Part shown: one piece after another, positions 48,505-61,264 of the stretch | Position numbering within the stretch: the first letter of the stretch is position 1 | Layout: every line of letters begins with the position of its first letter | Source of the DNA: Octopus sinensis | Lineage: Eukaryota | Length of the DNA: 64,000 nt | NCBI RefSeq assembly: GCF_006345805.1 | Contig: NC_043004.1 | Coordinates: forward strand, 39,494,001-39,558,000 | Direction of reading: 5' to 3' | The notes under the pieces: generated by a model | Told to the model about the DNA's origin: nothing | Databases searched by the model: none | The model's input: only the letters and a program-made list of their open reading frames with translations | Translations under genes and position numbers: made by a program

Positions 48505-49405
48505 CAAATTCCGCCGAGGTCGACTTTGCCTTTCATCCTTTCGGGGTCGATAAACTAAGTACCAGTTACGCACTGGGGTCGATGTAATCGACTTAATACC
48601 TATGTCGGTCCTTGTTTGTTCCCACTATGTTTAGCCCCATGTGGGTAATAAAGAAATAGGTATTTCAGAGGAGGTGGTGGTAGAAGTGGGGCAGGGGGAA
48701 TGTATGTTTGATTAAATCGTCTTCATATATGACTGATACTCAGTTGATCAACCCCCACTGCCACCCCTCAAAAGCAGGAAAGTCATGCTTTACCTCGGTG
48801 GGACTTGAACTCAGAACGTAAAGAGACGTAATCTAATACCGTATGACATTTTATTCGACTATATTCTTTTTACTGTAGACACAGGGCCTGGAATTTTGGG
48901 TGGAAGGAAGGGCTACAGGTAAGCACCCCACCTCCCTCATCGACCTCAGCGCTTAACTGTTACTATATTTTAACGACCGGGGAAGAATAAAAGGTAAAGT
49001 CGACCTCGGCGGAATTTTAACTCAGGACATAACGACGGACAAAATACTTAGCGGGGTTTTGTCCGGCAGCTTAACATCTTGGCCGGGTCAGAGCTTATTT
49101 TGACAGTGATAAAGACGTGTTTTGTTAAATTACAAAGCCAAACTTTAAGCAAGGACGGGGCTTAAATCAAACTGGTGCCGATTTGTTGGGAGTGGAGCTG
49201 GCAGAAACGTTAGAACGCCGGGCGAAATGCGTAGCCGTATTTCGTCTGCCGTTACGTTCTGAGTTCAAATCCCGTCGAGGTCAACTTTGCCTTTCATCCT
49301 TTCGGGGTCGATTAAATAAGTACCAGTTACGCACTGGGGTCGATATAATCGACTTAATCCGTTTGTCTGTCCTTGTTTGTCCTCTCTGTGGGCAGTAAAG
49401 AAATG
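48505..49405. mobile_element. Cluster of SINE family A copies (plus 48505-48658, two decayed minus copies 48730-49090, plus 49190-49405)
   Basis: Repeated GAGGTCGACTTT.CCTTTCATCCTTTCGGGGTCGAT core. Confidence 0.8.
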
Positions 49406-49624
49406 GGAATAAAAGTTGAGTTCACGCCTTGACAGAGATTTGAAATCAGAGAGTGAATATTGCAATATTTGTGATTATTCCTTTATATCATCATATCAGC
49501 AAGTTTTGTCTCGATTCCTTCGATTCACAGGTCTGCTTACGTGATTTCCATCGCGTATAAGCGACGGAAAATGTGTGGCAGCCCATCGCATATATATTAC
49601 ACACATATACACACACACACATAT

Positions 49625-50305
49625 GCTTTTCTTTGTTTCACTCATTTGACTGAGGCCATGCTGGAGCACCGCCGTGAGGGTTTTAGTCGAGCTAATCGAC
49701 CCCAGGACTTATTCTTTGTAAGCCTAACACTTATTTTGTCAGTCCGTTTTGCCGAACCGCCAAGTTACGGGTACATAAACACACAGGCATTAGCTGTCAA
49801 GCGATGGCGGTGGGACAAACACAGACACATACATAAATACACACACACACATATGTACATATATTTATAAGAGTAGGCGCAAGAGTGGCTGTGAGGTATG
49901 TAGCTTGTTTACCAACCACATCGTTCCGGGTTCAATCCCACTGTGTGGTACTGGGCAAATGTCTTCTACTATAGCCTCGGGTCGATCAAAGCCTTGTGAG
50001 TCGATTTGGTCGACGGAAACTGAAAGAAGCTCGTTGTATATATGTATATATATATGTTTGTGTTTGTCCCCCACCCCCAACGTCGCTTGACAACCGATGC
50101 AGGTGTGTTTACGTCCCCGTAACCTAGTGGTTCGGCAAAAGAGATCGATAGGCGGTGCTCTAGCATGGCCGCAGTCAAGTGACTGAGACAAGTAAAAGAA
50201 TAAAAGAATATATATACAACGAACTTCTTTCAGTTTCCGTCAACCAAATCTCCTCACAGGGCTTTAGTCGACCCGAGGATACAGTAGAAGAAATTTGCTC
50301 AAGGT
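49625..50305. mobile_element. Cluster of SINE family B (minus 3' half 49625-49830, plus copy 49874-50208, minus fragment 50220-50305)
   Basis: Family B head, core and tail matches. Confidence 0.8.
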
Positions 50306-50478
50306 GCATTACTTTTGACAGAATAATAGGAATACTAATGGTTTAAACTCTCTTATTTACTTTTCCCATTGTTGCAATATAGACTTTTACCAGTTTCGTT
50401 GTATTTTAGATTTTGATCGTTATCTGATTATTGTTTGGTCATCCAATTAGATTAAGGCACTGAAAATACACATTCGAT

Positions 50479-50764
50479 AAACGTCGCCCTTTTCAAGCCT
50501 AGTCAGGCTCATGAGCCCGTTTTCCCGGTTTCTGTGGTCAGTCCATCGCAACGTTACTCAAGAAACAGGATGAAAGAGTGAGAGAAAGTTGTGGCGAAAG
50601 AGTACAACAGGAGTAGCCACCACCCACTGTCGCAGCCTCGTGGAGCTTTTATGTCTTTTCGCTCAGTAAACACACACACACACACAACGCCCGGTCTGGG
50701 AATCGAAACCGCGATCGTCCGACCGCGAGTCCGCTGCCCTAACCACTGGGCCTTTGCGCCTCCA
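50479..50764 (-). mobile_element. SINE with head C plus tail iii (V-domain-like)
   Basis: Head and body as at 4469, then GCGATGGACTG...AGAAACCGGGAAAACGGGCTCATGAGCC, resembling V-SINE central/3' motifs. Confidence 0.75.
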
Positions 50765-51235
50765 TGAAAATACACATGCATACATATATATGCTTTGTCT
50801 TTTGCTTGTTTCAGTCATTGGGTTGCTGGTGCAGCACCTTGAAGAGTTTAGTCGAACAAATCGTCACAGTAATTTTTTTTTTTTTTCTAAGACTGGTATT
50901 TATTCTATTCGTATCTTTTGCCCAGCTGCGAAGCTACGGGTATGTAAAGAAAATAATACCAGTTATCTAGCAGTTATAGGGGTGGGGTGGAGACAAGACA
51001 GACAGACGGATAGACGTAGATAGATGTAAATATATAAGACGTGCTTCCATACAGTTTCTATCTGCTAAATTTACTAAGAAATCATTGACTGGCCCAGAGG
51101 CCCGGAGCTATAGTAGAAAATGCTTATCCAAGGTGCCATGCAGTGGGACTGAACTATTGGGCTACAGAGCAAGTCTCAAACCACATAGCCCTGATTGCAC
51201 TTATTTGTGTGTGTGTGTGTGTGTGTGTGCACGTA

Positions 51236-51465
51236 TACATGAGGAGGTACTGAAAAGTTCCTGGCTTTAAGGGTGTCGCGAAAGGCCTGGTCAGAGGCTC
51301 GACCTTCTGATTTCTCTTACAGGGCTTAGAAAAACTGAAGGACCGCTGCCATAAGTGTGTGAATCTGAGAGAAGAATATGTTGGATATAAAATCATAATT
51401 AGCTGATATTCCTGTATTTTCTTTTACTCAAAGCCAGGAATTTTTCAGCACTCCCGCACGTCGTA
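51236..51465 (+). mobile_element. Mariner-derived MITE retaining transposase C-terminal codons
   Basis: TIR-like ends as at 16383 and internal EKLKDRCHKCVNLRREYV, resembling the mariner C-terminus. Confidence 0.8.
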
Positions 51466-52743
51466 TGTGTTTGTATACATCTTAAACCGATGTATTTGTT
51501 ATCTGTTCTGGATGAGACGCCTGTATATCGATGATGGCTTGGCTGTGAATGCGAACAGACCACTGAGCTCCCATTTACAGTGAAACAGAGCGCGTCTTAA
51601 AAAATAGAGCACAATGCCACAAATCAGCTGATTGGGGCAGTCGTTCTGCAGCAACAGTCATTTGCGTATAAAAAACATGTAATATGGTTTCAACAAACAA
51701 TGTTTTTACCCTGCGATCGTAAATTAACACACACATATCAGCCTCTCTCTCTCTCTCTCTCTCTCTGCATGAATTTATATTACTATCTATCTCTCTCTCT
51801 GCTTTTGTGTCTATCTTTCTCTGCTTAACCTTAAACTCTGTCTACTTGCCTTACACACATGCATCATTGTTTCTGCCTAGTTGTCTGCCTACCAAATACC
51901 ATACGTATCAGTATGCCTGTCCTTAAATCTTTATGCGCCGGTCTACTTCAATCTATGTATCATCACCGTTCTTACTCTTTACCTATCTTCCACTATGTAC
52001 CTGCGTATCTACTCATCTGTCTTTCTACCTATCCATCTGTATGTACGCATTGCGTTTGTGTATGTGTGTGTGCTTGCGTACTGCGCACATGTGTTTCTCT
52101 ATTTGTCTGTTCGCCTGTTTACTCTACCTCACTGACAAGCGAGTAATAAACCCAATGCATTGTACTTTTAAGGTCATCAGAGACACAGGCAAGTTAGCTA
52201 CCGGCAGTTCTTCATTCACAGCTTCCTCCAACCGAAGAAGAAGAAAAAAAAAACACTAGCAAATATCTCAAAAAAACATACATAAATAGTGATGACACAT
52301 AAAAGAAATCTTAAGAGATAAAATCGGTGTAGATTCCTCTCTTCTTTACACCAACTTTCTGATTGACATACAAAGTGACTGACAGACAGCGTACATTTAA
52401 TTATATATATAATTATGTAACGCAATACTCTGGAACAAAATAATTATTTTTGTAAAGGAAAACACATTTAGCTCCACAGTGTGGTAATTTCAAGAGTCGT
52501 TTGATGGCTTTTGACCTTATACCGAAATCTGATTAGTTTACAATCAGATCTATATAGTTTATATACACAGAATTAAGTAATTGTGGTTAGCTCATATATT
52601 AATTGTGTCGTATGTACAATTAATGCTGTAAAATTGGCTTTTCATATAGATAGATAGATACCAGACTTCGAATTAACAAGGGGAGTGGAGAACAGTATTT
52701 TGCGTTAGAGAAATGTGCTTAATATGAAAGTGATTTACACATC

Positions 52744-53130
52744 GGCGCAGGAGTGGCTGTGTGGTAAGTAGCTTGTTTACCAACCACATGATTCCGGGTT
52801 CAGTCCCACTGCGTGGCACCCTGGGCAAGTGTCTTCTACTAAAGCCTCGGGCCGACCAAAGCCTTGTGAGTGGATTTGGTAGACGGAAACTGAAAAGAAG
52901 CCCGTCGTATATATGTATATATGCGTGTGTGTGTTTGTCCCCCTAGCATTGCTTGACAACCAATGCTGGTGTGTTTATGTCCCCGGTACTTAGCGGTTCG
53001 GCAAAAGAGACCGATAGAATAAGTACTGGGCTTACAAAAGAATAAGTCCCGGGGTCGAGTTTCTCGATTAAAGGCGGTGCTTCAGCATGGCCGCAGTCAA
53101 ATGACTGAAACAAGTAAAAGAGTAAAAGAG
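52744..53130 (+). mobile_element. SINE family B, full length, young
   Basis: Complete head to tail, close to the 59545 copy. Confidence 0.93.
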
Positions 53131-53167
53131 AGAGAGTATCTCTAGTTACACTTGTACGCATGTGTCA

Positions 53168-53455
53168 GTGGAGGCGCGCGGTCCAGTGATCAGCATTGCT
53201 ATCACGTCACGATCGTATGATCGTAATTTCGGTTTCGCGACCGGCAAGACGTTGTATTCTTGAGCAAGTAACTTCATTTCATGTAGCACCACTCCACTCA
53301 GCTGTGAGGGGTATCTCTGCTCCCCGATCAGGAGCAGTTTTGTGATCGTGGCCTACCTGCCTAGCCAGCGGGGTGGCAACATTCAAAGGCTACAACAGTT
53401 CAAGGGAACAAATTGTGACAAGCCGTGAAAAGCAACATGCGATAGTCTGGCCGAT
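53168..53455 (+). mobile_element. Old SINE with head D plus tail i
   Basis: GTATTCTTGAGCAAG..CTTCATTTCA...CCACTCAGCTGT followed by TAGCCAGCGGGGTGGC...TTGTGAC as in the 4469 tail. Confidence 0.6.
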
Positions 53456-53467
53456 ACATTATATCCT

Positions 53468-53886
53468 TTGTCTTCTACATGTTTCAGTCATTAGACTGCG
53501 GCTATGCCAGAGTGTCGCCTTGAAGATTTTTTTTAGTTAAATGATTCAACACAAGTATTTATTTATTTTTTTTCAAGCCTGGTATATATTCTATCGGTAT
53601 CTTTTTGCTGAACAACAAAGTTAGGGGGACGTAAACGTACAAGCATAGATTGTCAAGCAGTGGCGATGGTGGTGGGGCAAACACAGACGCAAAGATACAC
53701 ACACATACCTATATGTATACACAGCTGGTTTCTTTCAGGTTCCGTCAACCAAATCCACTCACAAGGCTTTGGTCAGCCAGAGGCTATAGTCGAGAACATT
53801 TGCTCAAGTTGCCACGCTGTGGAACTGAACTCGGAACCATGTGGTTGAGAAACAAGCTTCTTACAACACAGTCACGCCTGCGCCTC

Positions 53887-53922
<36 letters not shown>

Positions 53923-54169
53923 CACATATATATGTAGGTATGTACATATATATTCTCTTTTTCTTTTTTACTTGTTTCAGTCATTTGACTGCGGCCGTGC
54001 TGGAGCACCACCTTTAGTCGAGCAAATCGACCCCGGGACTTATTCTTTGTAAGCCCAGTACTTATTCTATCGGTCTATTTTGCCGAACCGCTAAGTGACG
54101 GGGACACAAACACACCAGCATCGGTTGTCAAGCAATGCTAGGGGGACAAACACAGACACACAAACACAC

Positions 54170-54225
<56 letters not shown>

Positions 54226-54390
54226 TACGACAGGCTTCTTTCAGTTTCCGTCTACCAAATCCACTCACAAGGCACTGGTTGGTCCGGGGCTATAGCAGAA
54301 GACACTTGCCCAAGATGCCACGCAGTGGGACTGAACCCGGAACCACGTGGCTAGTAAGCAAGCTACTTACCACACAACCACTTCTGCGCA
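53468..54390 (-). mobile_element. Two tandem SINE family B copies (53468-53885 diverged, 53960-54390 young)
   Basis: Full tail-microsatellite-head order twice. Confidence 0.88.
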
Positions 54391-55083
54391 TATTTGCATA
54401 TATTTATATATCATTTATATTATATATATATATATATATTTGTATCTATATATTGTATAAATTTTATATATACATATACATATATATGCATTATATATAT
54501 TATATATTCTACATATGCTGGGGTTAGGTCGTTTACCGATCTCGAAGCGAACAGAGCTTAAATACTAGCTTAATATACTAGGTAGAAAGCAACTCGGACT
54601 AAAATCACATGCTTGGACTAAAAAAAATTGCAGCGTGATAAGAGTCGTTGAAAGCATTACAAACACAGTCAAATACACACAACGGCTACATTCGTTTTTA
54701 TAAATATTTATTTTGTAATGATAATAACGTGTATTATTCGGTGTCAAAGCATTTCGTCACACACCAAACGATAAACACCGATTCTGTGACAATGTGCGAT
54801 TTTAATTGTATATTTAAATTATGAGATGTTATGGGAAGAAGCCTCAACGGAGCCGGTTTCCCGTCACAACTGGAGCCTTTTGGCCTCGATTAACAGTAAA
54901 CGGGAAGTTATGGTTATTACTCTCTGATCCGGGACGTCACATGTTTTGATAGCCTCATATGCCAACTGTATTACGAGCCGTACTTAGGCTACAAACCTGA
55001 AAACCGCCATCTCTAACGTAGAGGATTAGAAGACACTAAATACCAATTCTAAAAGTTGTACTTCAGTTTGTGCCGATTGAGGT

Positions 55084-55836
55084 TTCGGCGGAATTCTTGT
55101 TTAAGCACCCCCATGTAACCTCTCATAACTTTTTTATGCTTTGGCATTTTCAGAAACTTTTTGCGACTTTGTGTTCTACACACTGGAATTCATAAGATTA
55201 TGAAAAAAAAAAAAAGGTTGGTGATTTAAGGGGTGATTTAGCTGTTATTATTTACACATCTCCCTACCACCTGATACTTTCTTCGTTTCTTTGTCCCTCT
55301 GACATGTACTCTTCTACTTGTTTCAGTCATTTGACTGCGGCCATGCTGGAGCACCGCCTTTAGTCGAGCAAATCGACCCCGGGACTTATTCTTTGTAAGC
55401 CCAGTACTTATTCTATCGGTCTCTTTTGCCGAACCGCTAAGTGACGGGGACGTAAACACACCAGCATCGGTTGTCAAGCAATGCCAGGGGGACAAAAACA
55501 CACACACATACACACATATATATACATATATACGACAGGCTTCTTTCAGTTTCTGTCTACCAAATCCACTCACAAGTCATTGGTCGGCCCGGGGCTATAG
55601 CAGAAGACACTTGACCAAGATGCCATGCAGTGGGACTGAACCCGGAACCATGTGGTTGGTTAGCAAGCTACTTATCACTCAGCCACTCCTGCACCTGTAT
55701 TAATGTATTTTTTAAATTTTATAATCGTGTGAATTCCCGCGTATAGAATAATTCGCAAAACATAATTATGCAAATTCCAAAAAATAGGTAAGTTATGAGA
55801 AGTTATATGGGGTGCTTAAACCAGAATTCGGCCGAA
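55084..55836. mobile_element. Old fold-back/MITE-like element with about 120-bp inverted arms, containing a SINE B
   Basis: TTCGGCGGAATTCTTGTTTAAGCACCCCCATGTAACCTCTCATAACTT pairs with AAGTTATGAGAAGTTATATGGGGTGCTTAAACCAGAATTCGGCCGAA. Confidence 0.65.
55312..55695 (-). mobile_element. SINE family B, full length
   Basis: Complete match to the family pattern. Confidence 0.92.
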
Positions 55837-56470
55837 GTATCTTGTATCTCCGACCTCCAGTTTCCAGACCGTCGCTCTCCTAAGTAGAATTGGGATGAAG
55901 AGGTAGAGTAGTGGATATAGCTGCTCTATGCAAGATCGCTTATACCATCGTATCAAGGGGACGTTGATGAAGTAAATTGTTTAACAGAGGGAGTGGGGTT
56001 TGATTTCGCTGCACTCGTGAACGTCCGGTTTTGAATAAACTAATTTGATATGATTCTGAAAATGAAATCATAACGTGCTCACTGACAACCAACTTATCTC
56101 ATTATTATCTTGCAATGAAGTGACGAACCGGCAGAATCGCTACTGCATTGAATGAAACGGTTAGCAACATTTCTCCGGGCTCTTTGTGTTCTGAGCCCGA
56201 ATTCCACCGAGGTCGATTTTGCATTTCATTCATTCAAGGTCGATGAAATAAGTACCGGCTTCGCATTGTGGTTGATGTAATTCACTCCCTTCCCTTAAAA
56301 TTGCTGGCCTCGTACCATAATTTGAAAGAACTATTGTCTATCATTACAATACAATTGAATATTAGAACATGTTCGTATGTGTATATATGCATATCTATAA
56401 ATAAATAAATATCTCTGTGTATGAGTGTATGTGTGTATAGGTGTGGGTGGGTGTATAGATAGATATGTGT

Positions 56471-56513
<43 letters not shown>

Positions 56514-56570
56514 CACATACACACATATATAGACAAAGGGAGATAGAGAATGTTACCAATATATGTACAA

Positions 56571-56778
56571 GGCGGCGAGCTGGCAGAAACGTTAGCACGC
56601 CGGGCGAAATGCGTTCTGAGTTCAAATTCCGCTGAGGTCGACTTTGCCTTTCATCCTTTCGGGGTCGATAAATTAAGTACCAGTTACGCACTGGGATTGA
56701 TGTAATCGACTTAATCCGTTTGTCTGTCCTTGTTTGTCCCCTCTGTGTTTAGCCCCTTGTGGGTAGTAAAGAAATAAA
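56571..56778 (+). mobile_element. SINE family A with internal deletion, 14-bp TSD
   Basis: TSD AATATATGTACAAG on both sides. Older A copies lie at about 56120-56335 and 57145-57355. Confidence 0.9.
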
Positions 56779-57806
56779 TATATGTACAAGAAGTGGTTTG
56801 TTATAAATGCATAATTCCCCAGAAAACATTTCAAGCCTTATGCCTATAGTAGAAAAGAACATATGGGGGCCCTTCTTCTTTCTGCTTTGCAAGCGTTAGT
56901 AACACAATGAATAAAGCACGTGTTAATTTCCCTGTTCTGGCTCTACTTGGAGAAGCAAGTTATCTCTACCCATAATATCTATTTTCTTATAGTTAAGAGT
57001 AGGCTATTTGAATATTAGAGATGTTGGCTACGCAGATAAAGTAGTGTAGTTGGTGCGGTAAGAACGACCGACTTTCAGGATGATTGAGAGATATCCTATC
57101 AACACAGCTTACATAACGGATAAAATTACGATTCGATGAGTAGCCGAATTGTTAGCATGCCGGACATAATGATTGGCGGCATTTTTCCAGCTCTTTAAGT
57201 TACGAGTTCAAAGTTTCAAAAATCCCAGGTCAATTTTGCTTTTAAATTCTTTCGGCTCGATAAAATAAGTATCAGTTAAGCACTGGAGTGGATGTAATCA
57301 ATAATCCTCCTCAACCAAAAATTTGAGGCCTTATGCTTATTGTAGAAAAGATTATGTCTACTCGTAAGATTACTTGTAAATTTGAGAGAGAGAGAGATAA
57401 AAGTAAGATGAGGAAAGGATATCAACCTGGAATCGAAACCTTGCTGGAGAATTGAGTCACCGGGAGATATTATTCTCTTCCACCCCGCTTTTTTTTTTCT
57501 TGTCTGTATAAGCTAGTCAGGTGTGCTTGCTGCTGTTGATGCCTGACTATGAACATTTACCGGCGAAATATCTGCAGGAAACACGTGGGCAGAGAGAAAA
57601 CCTGCAAGTCTGCTGTTCTTATTGTTTACAAGATGCCAGAACCAGCACCAGGTGACGGTATAATATTACGCTATTATGTTCGCCCGTACAATTGTTTATA
57701 TTGATTTCTACCATTAATATTGAGTTGTATCATTTATTAATATTAATGATATAAACTAATATTAATTATATCGCTGATGTAATTGATTTCCTACATGCGT
57801 TACAAG

Positions 57807-57842
57807 TCTACATTCTTAAATGAAGAGCTGCATTACGAAAAT
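57807..57842 (+). CDS. Candidate 36-nt exon (STFLNEELHYEN)
   Basis: TTACAAG acceptor (moderate) and AT|GTAAGT donor; open in phase 0. Confidence 0.25.
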
Positions 57843-58281
57843 GTAAGTCATGTAGAGCACTTCCTACCACTGCGGAAGTTGCTGGTAGTCTGAGTGCATG
57901 GTTTGTTTTAATTTCCGGTTGAATAAATATGCCACATATTTATTTAATATATGTTTGTGTTACGTTTCTGTTTTCTCCTGAGATTAGTACCGGTTCGAGA
58001 ACTTTACTTTTTGGGAGCTCATAACCTAATCGTTTTATGAGGCTCTTAGCAATCATATCAGTGATATAGTCGTTATTTGTAGCCTGTATCTTTATAGCTT
58101 GTGAAGTGACATACAAGCTAAAACTAGACTGACACAAATCATTCTTAGTGGCATCTTCGTCGGTAATGATTTGCACACGGTACCAGTAACCGATCATCAT
58201 CTATTACGACTCCCCATAGTAACCATATTTATAAAAGATAATAGTAAATACCCACTTTGGTCACAAATAACTATAGAATTG

Positions 58282-59008
58282 CACCAAGAATATTACACTC
58301 CGAGGCAAGGTTGTTTATGGAAGGGATCATTTCTGTTTGAACGGCAGTTTTTTCTAGCAGTGTCATATGAAATTGCCACTCATAATTATGACCCTAGAAT
58401 CGATCTATTGCATTTCAATCTCTTTTAGGGTTAGGGTTATGGGTGGGGGAAGGGTATCTTTTTTTCTTCACAAATGTAAATAAACCCAATCTGTTTCTTA
58501 AACGAGGGACATATTCATACGGCACAGAAAGCTTTTTAGCTCAATAGACGTCACTGATTGGTTGAAATTGCAAAAATTAAAGAAAAAAAAACAACAAATA
58601 TCTTACAAACTATAGAATTTTCTCAATAAAGCCAAGAGAAAAAGATGTTTTATAAACACATTCTACCAGTATACGAAGTTTAAAATCTTTTAGTTACCTA
58701 GAAATTATGTTAAAAATTGTCGTTCAAACCGAAAAGATCCTATGGAAGACCAGCAGTCGCCCATGCATACCACCCTCCTCTCTCCACACCACTGGTATTA
58801 TCCAAGGGAATGGCAACGGCTGATACACCTCAGAACTAGATATTCATTTCTATAGACATCGCTATTCATTTCTATAGGTGAGTGAACTGGAGCAACGTGA
58901 AATACAGTGTCTTGCTCAAGAACACAGCGCACGGTCCGGTCCGGGAATCAAACTCACTACCTCATGACTGAGTATGGTGCTCTAACCACTGAGCCATGCG
59001 CTTTCACA
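58282..59008 (-). mobile_element. SINE with head D plus tail ii, interrupted by a MITE
   Basis: tRNA-like head GCGCATGGCTCAGTGGTTAGAG, then GTGTTCTTGAGCAAGACACT..TTTCACGTTGCTCCAGTTCACTCA; the tail matches 25770-25850. Confidence 0.82.
58324..58740. mobile_element. Merlin-like MITE, copy 2, 8-bp TSD
   Basis: Homologous along its length to 10061-10462. TSD TATGGAAG at 58316-58323 and 58741-58748. Confidence 0.92.
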
Positions 59009-59236
59009 TAACCAGATCTATAGCTACCTATAAAATGTTTCTGGAAATTTTTTCCAGTATTTTGAGTGATCTTAGTATGCATCAAGATGAATTAACATGT
59101 CCAAATAATTAAATTTTTAAAAAGATACTTTCTAGCTATTAAGAATATACTCCAGTAATTAAACTCGTTTCTGTTTCATTGATTATGCGCTAACTCTACA
59201 AATTGCTTACTATAAAAATAATGTGTTGCATCGCAG

Positions 59237-60336
59237 TTTTGAAACCACAGACCAGCTGCAGACCATACTGACAGAGCTGAACACTCAAAGCTCAGCAGTG
59301 GGTCTTAAAATGAACCACATGAAAACAAAATATATGCGGTCGGAAGACGTAGTACAAAACGGAGAAGGTAAATAAGTACGTCTACTTAGGGCACACAGTG
59401 AATATGCGCTGGGATATGGATGCTGGAATCTCATAGAGTAAGGGCAGAATAGAAGGCATTTAACTCAATAAAGGATGTGTTGAAAACAAAGATTTACAAA
59501 ACAAGATTTAGGCGCAGGAGTGGCTATAGGCGCAGGAGTGGCTATAGGCGCAGGAGTGGCTGTGTGGTAAGTAGCTTGCTTACCAACCACATGGTTCCGG
59601 GTTCAGTCCCATTGCGTGGCATCTTGGGCAAGTGTCTTCCACTATAGCCTCGGGCCGACCAAAGCCTTGTGAGTGCATTTGGTAGACGGAAACGGAAAGA
59701 AGCCCGTCGTATATATGTATATATATATATGTGTGCGTGTATGTTTGTGTGTCTGTTTTTGTCCCCCTAGCATTGCTTGAAAACCGATGCTGGTGTGTTT
59801 ATGTCCCCCGTCACTTAGCGGTTCAGCAAAATAGACCGATAGAATAAGTACTGGGCTTACAAAGAATAAGTCCCGGGATCGAGTTGCTCGACTAAAGGCG
59901 GTGCTCCAGCATGGCCGCAGTCAACTGACTGAAACAAGTAAAAGAGTAAAGAGAGAATACCATACGTGCCAAACTCTTCTATAGCACCGTCGTATATGCG
60001 CTCTATTACGCAAGTGAGACGTGGGCTACTACGAAGAGGATTGGCTACGACACAAACGTTCGTGGGAAGATCCATGCTGGGAATGCAATTAAGAGAACAC
60101 ATTCGAAATGAGATAATTCGAGAACGGAACGGATTGAACGATGTGATCGTAAAGCATAGAAAGCACATGCTCCTCTATGATGGACATGTCGCAAGGTTTA
60201 CAGACAACTAGTGAACCTGTGCAGTTGCCGAGTGGTATCCAAGAGTGCTATCATGTAGTTCGTTTTAAGACCTGCTGCTGAGCTCTGAGTGTTCAGCCTT
60301 GTCATCGTGGTCTGCAGCTGGTCTGTGGTTTCAAAA
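59237..60336 (+). pseudogene. RTE-clade reverse transcriptase fragment, split by a SINE B and bounded by inverted copies of its own 5' segment
   Basis: ETTDQLQTILTEL....VGLKMN.MKTKYM, KYVYLG, YASETW, RSMLG..LREHIRNE.IR and GHVAR. 60249-60336 is the reverse complement of 59237-59324. Confidence 0.85.
59510..59955 (+). mobile_element. SINE family B with triplicated 5' 18-mer
   Basis: GGCGCAGGAGTGGCTATA twice, then GGCGCAGGAGTGGCTGTGTGG and the full body. Confidence 0.93.
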
Positions 60337-61109
60337 TTATGGTACCACCCATTCCACTGGGAAGCTCTCCACGACGATGGGAAGACGATTCAGTGAAGCA
60401 GTTTAGGTTAAGACAGAAAAGAATAGTGCAATCAAGACAGTACCGTAAGCGCATTGTGACCAGCCGTGTATAACAGCGACTGATGGTCTGGTTGATATTG
60501 TGATACTGAGATATATTTTAAATGTCCACCTAAAGAACATTAGTAACGTTAGTGAATTAAAATAGCAACAAACAATACTCCCAGCTCAGTAGCAACCTCC
60601 ATGGAGCTCTACAAGTCTTAGATTATTTTTCATCTACACATTCATTAAAGATGTTCAACCCTCATTTATTTAACCATTGTTCTTCACACAGAAGACGTCT
60701 CGGCGTTATTTATTCTCGAAACAGCTTTATTTCCCAATACCACCTTCTACATTGACTTAGTAATTTCTTCATCATTCCCTTAACATGTAGATAGAAGCTT
60801 ATGTTTCGCTGGTGAGATCGTAATAAAACTGAAACGTTTCAGGAGTTTCGGAGTTCTAGTATATCAAGGGTCCTGTCTTCTCTCTTTAACATAAGAATAA
60901 AAAAAAGATAATAATAACTCCCTATCACTTGATTGGTTCTACTGTTATGCAGTTGCACACCGTACTATTATTGTTACTAGGAGCTTGATTATATTAGATC
61001 GCATGTGTTTATATATTTTTCAACAAACTTCCTTTATTGATTATCCTTATAAATTCGCCGATAGCGAGGCTTATGACAAGGTTTTGTTTTCTTTTTCGCT
61101 CTTTCAAAG

Positions 61110-61264
61110 GAGCGTGACATCCACGACCGTTCTAGGGCCTTCGAGCTTGGCAGGACGGAGGGAAGGAGTTTTATCTTCATTCGTCAGACTAGATTCAAAT
61201 CCTTGAAACAAGGGTGGTCCCTAAAAAATAAAAATACCCAAGGGCCAAAGGGTGATCGTACACT
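61110..61264 (+). CDS. Candidate coding exon (ERDIHDRSRAFELGRTEGRSFIFIRQTRFKSLKQGWSLKNKNTQGPKGDRT)
   Basis: TTTTGTTTTCTTTTTCGCTCTTTCAAAG acceptor and CT|GTAAGA donor. The 155 nt are open only in phase 0, with raised GC. Confidence 0.45.

Noticed and set aside
52172-52259. Possible terminal exon VIRDTGKLATGSSSFTASSNRRRRKKKH*
   Set aside because: The basic tail comes from a GAA/A-run, and an equally weak exon can be drawn on the other strand.
57940-58200. 86-aa minus-strand ORF
   Set aside because: No recognisable domain or splice signals; the length is within chance expectation.
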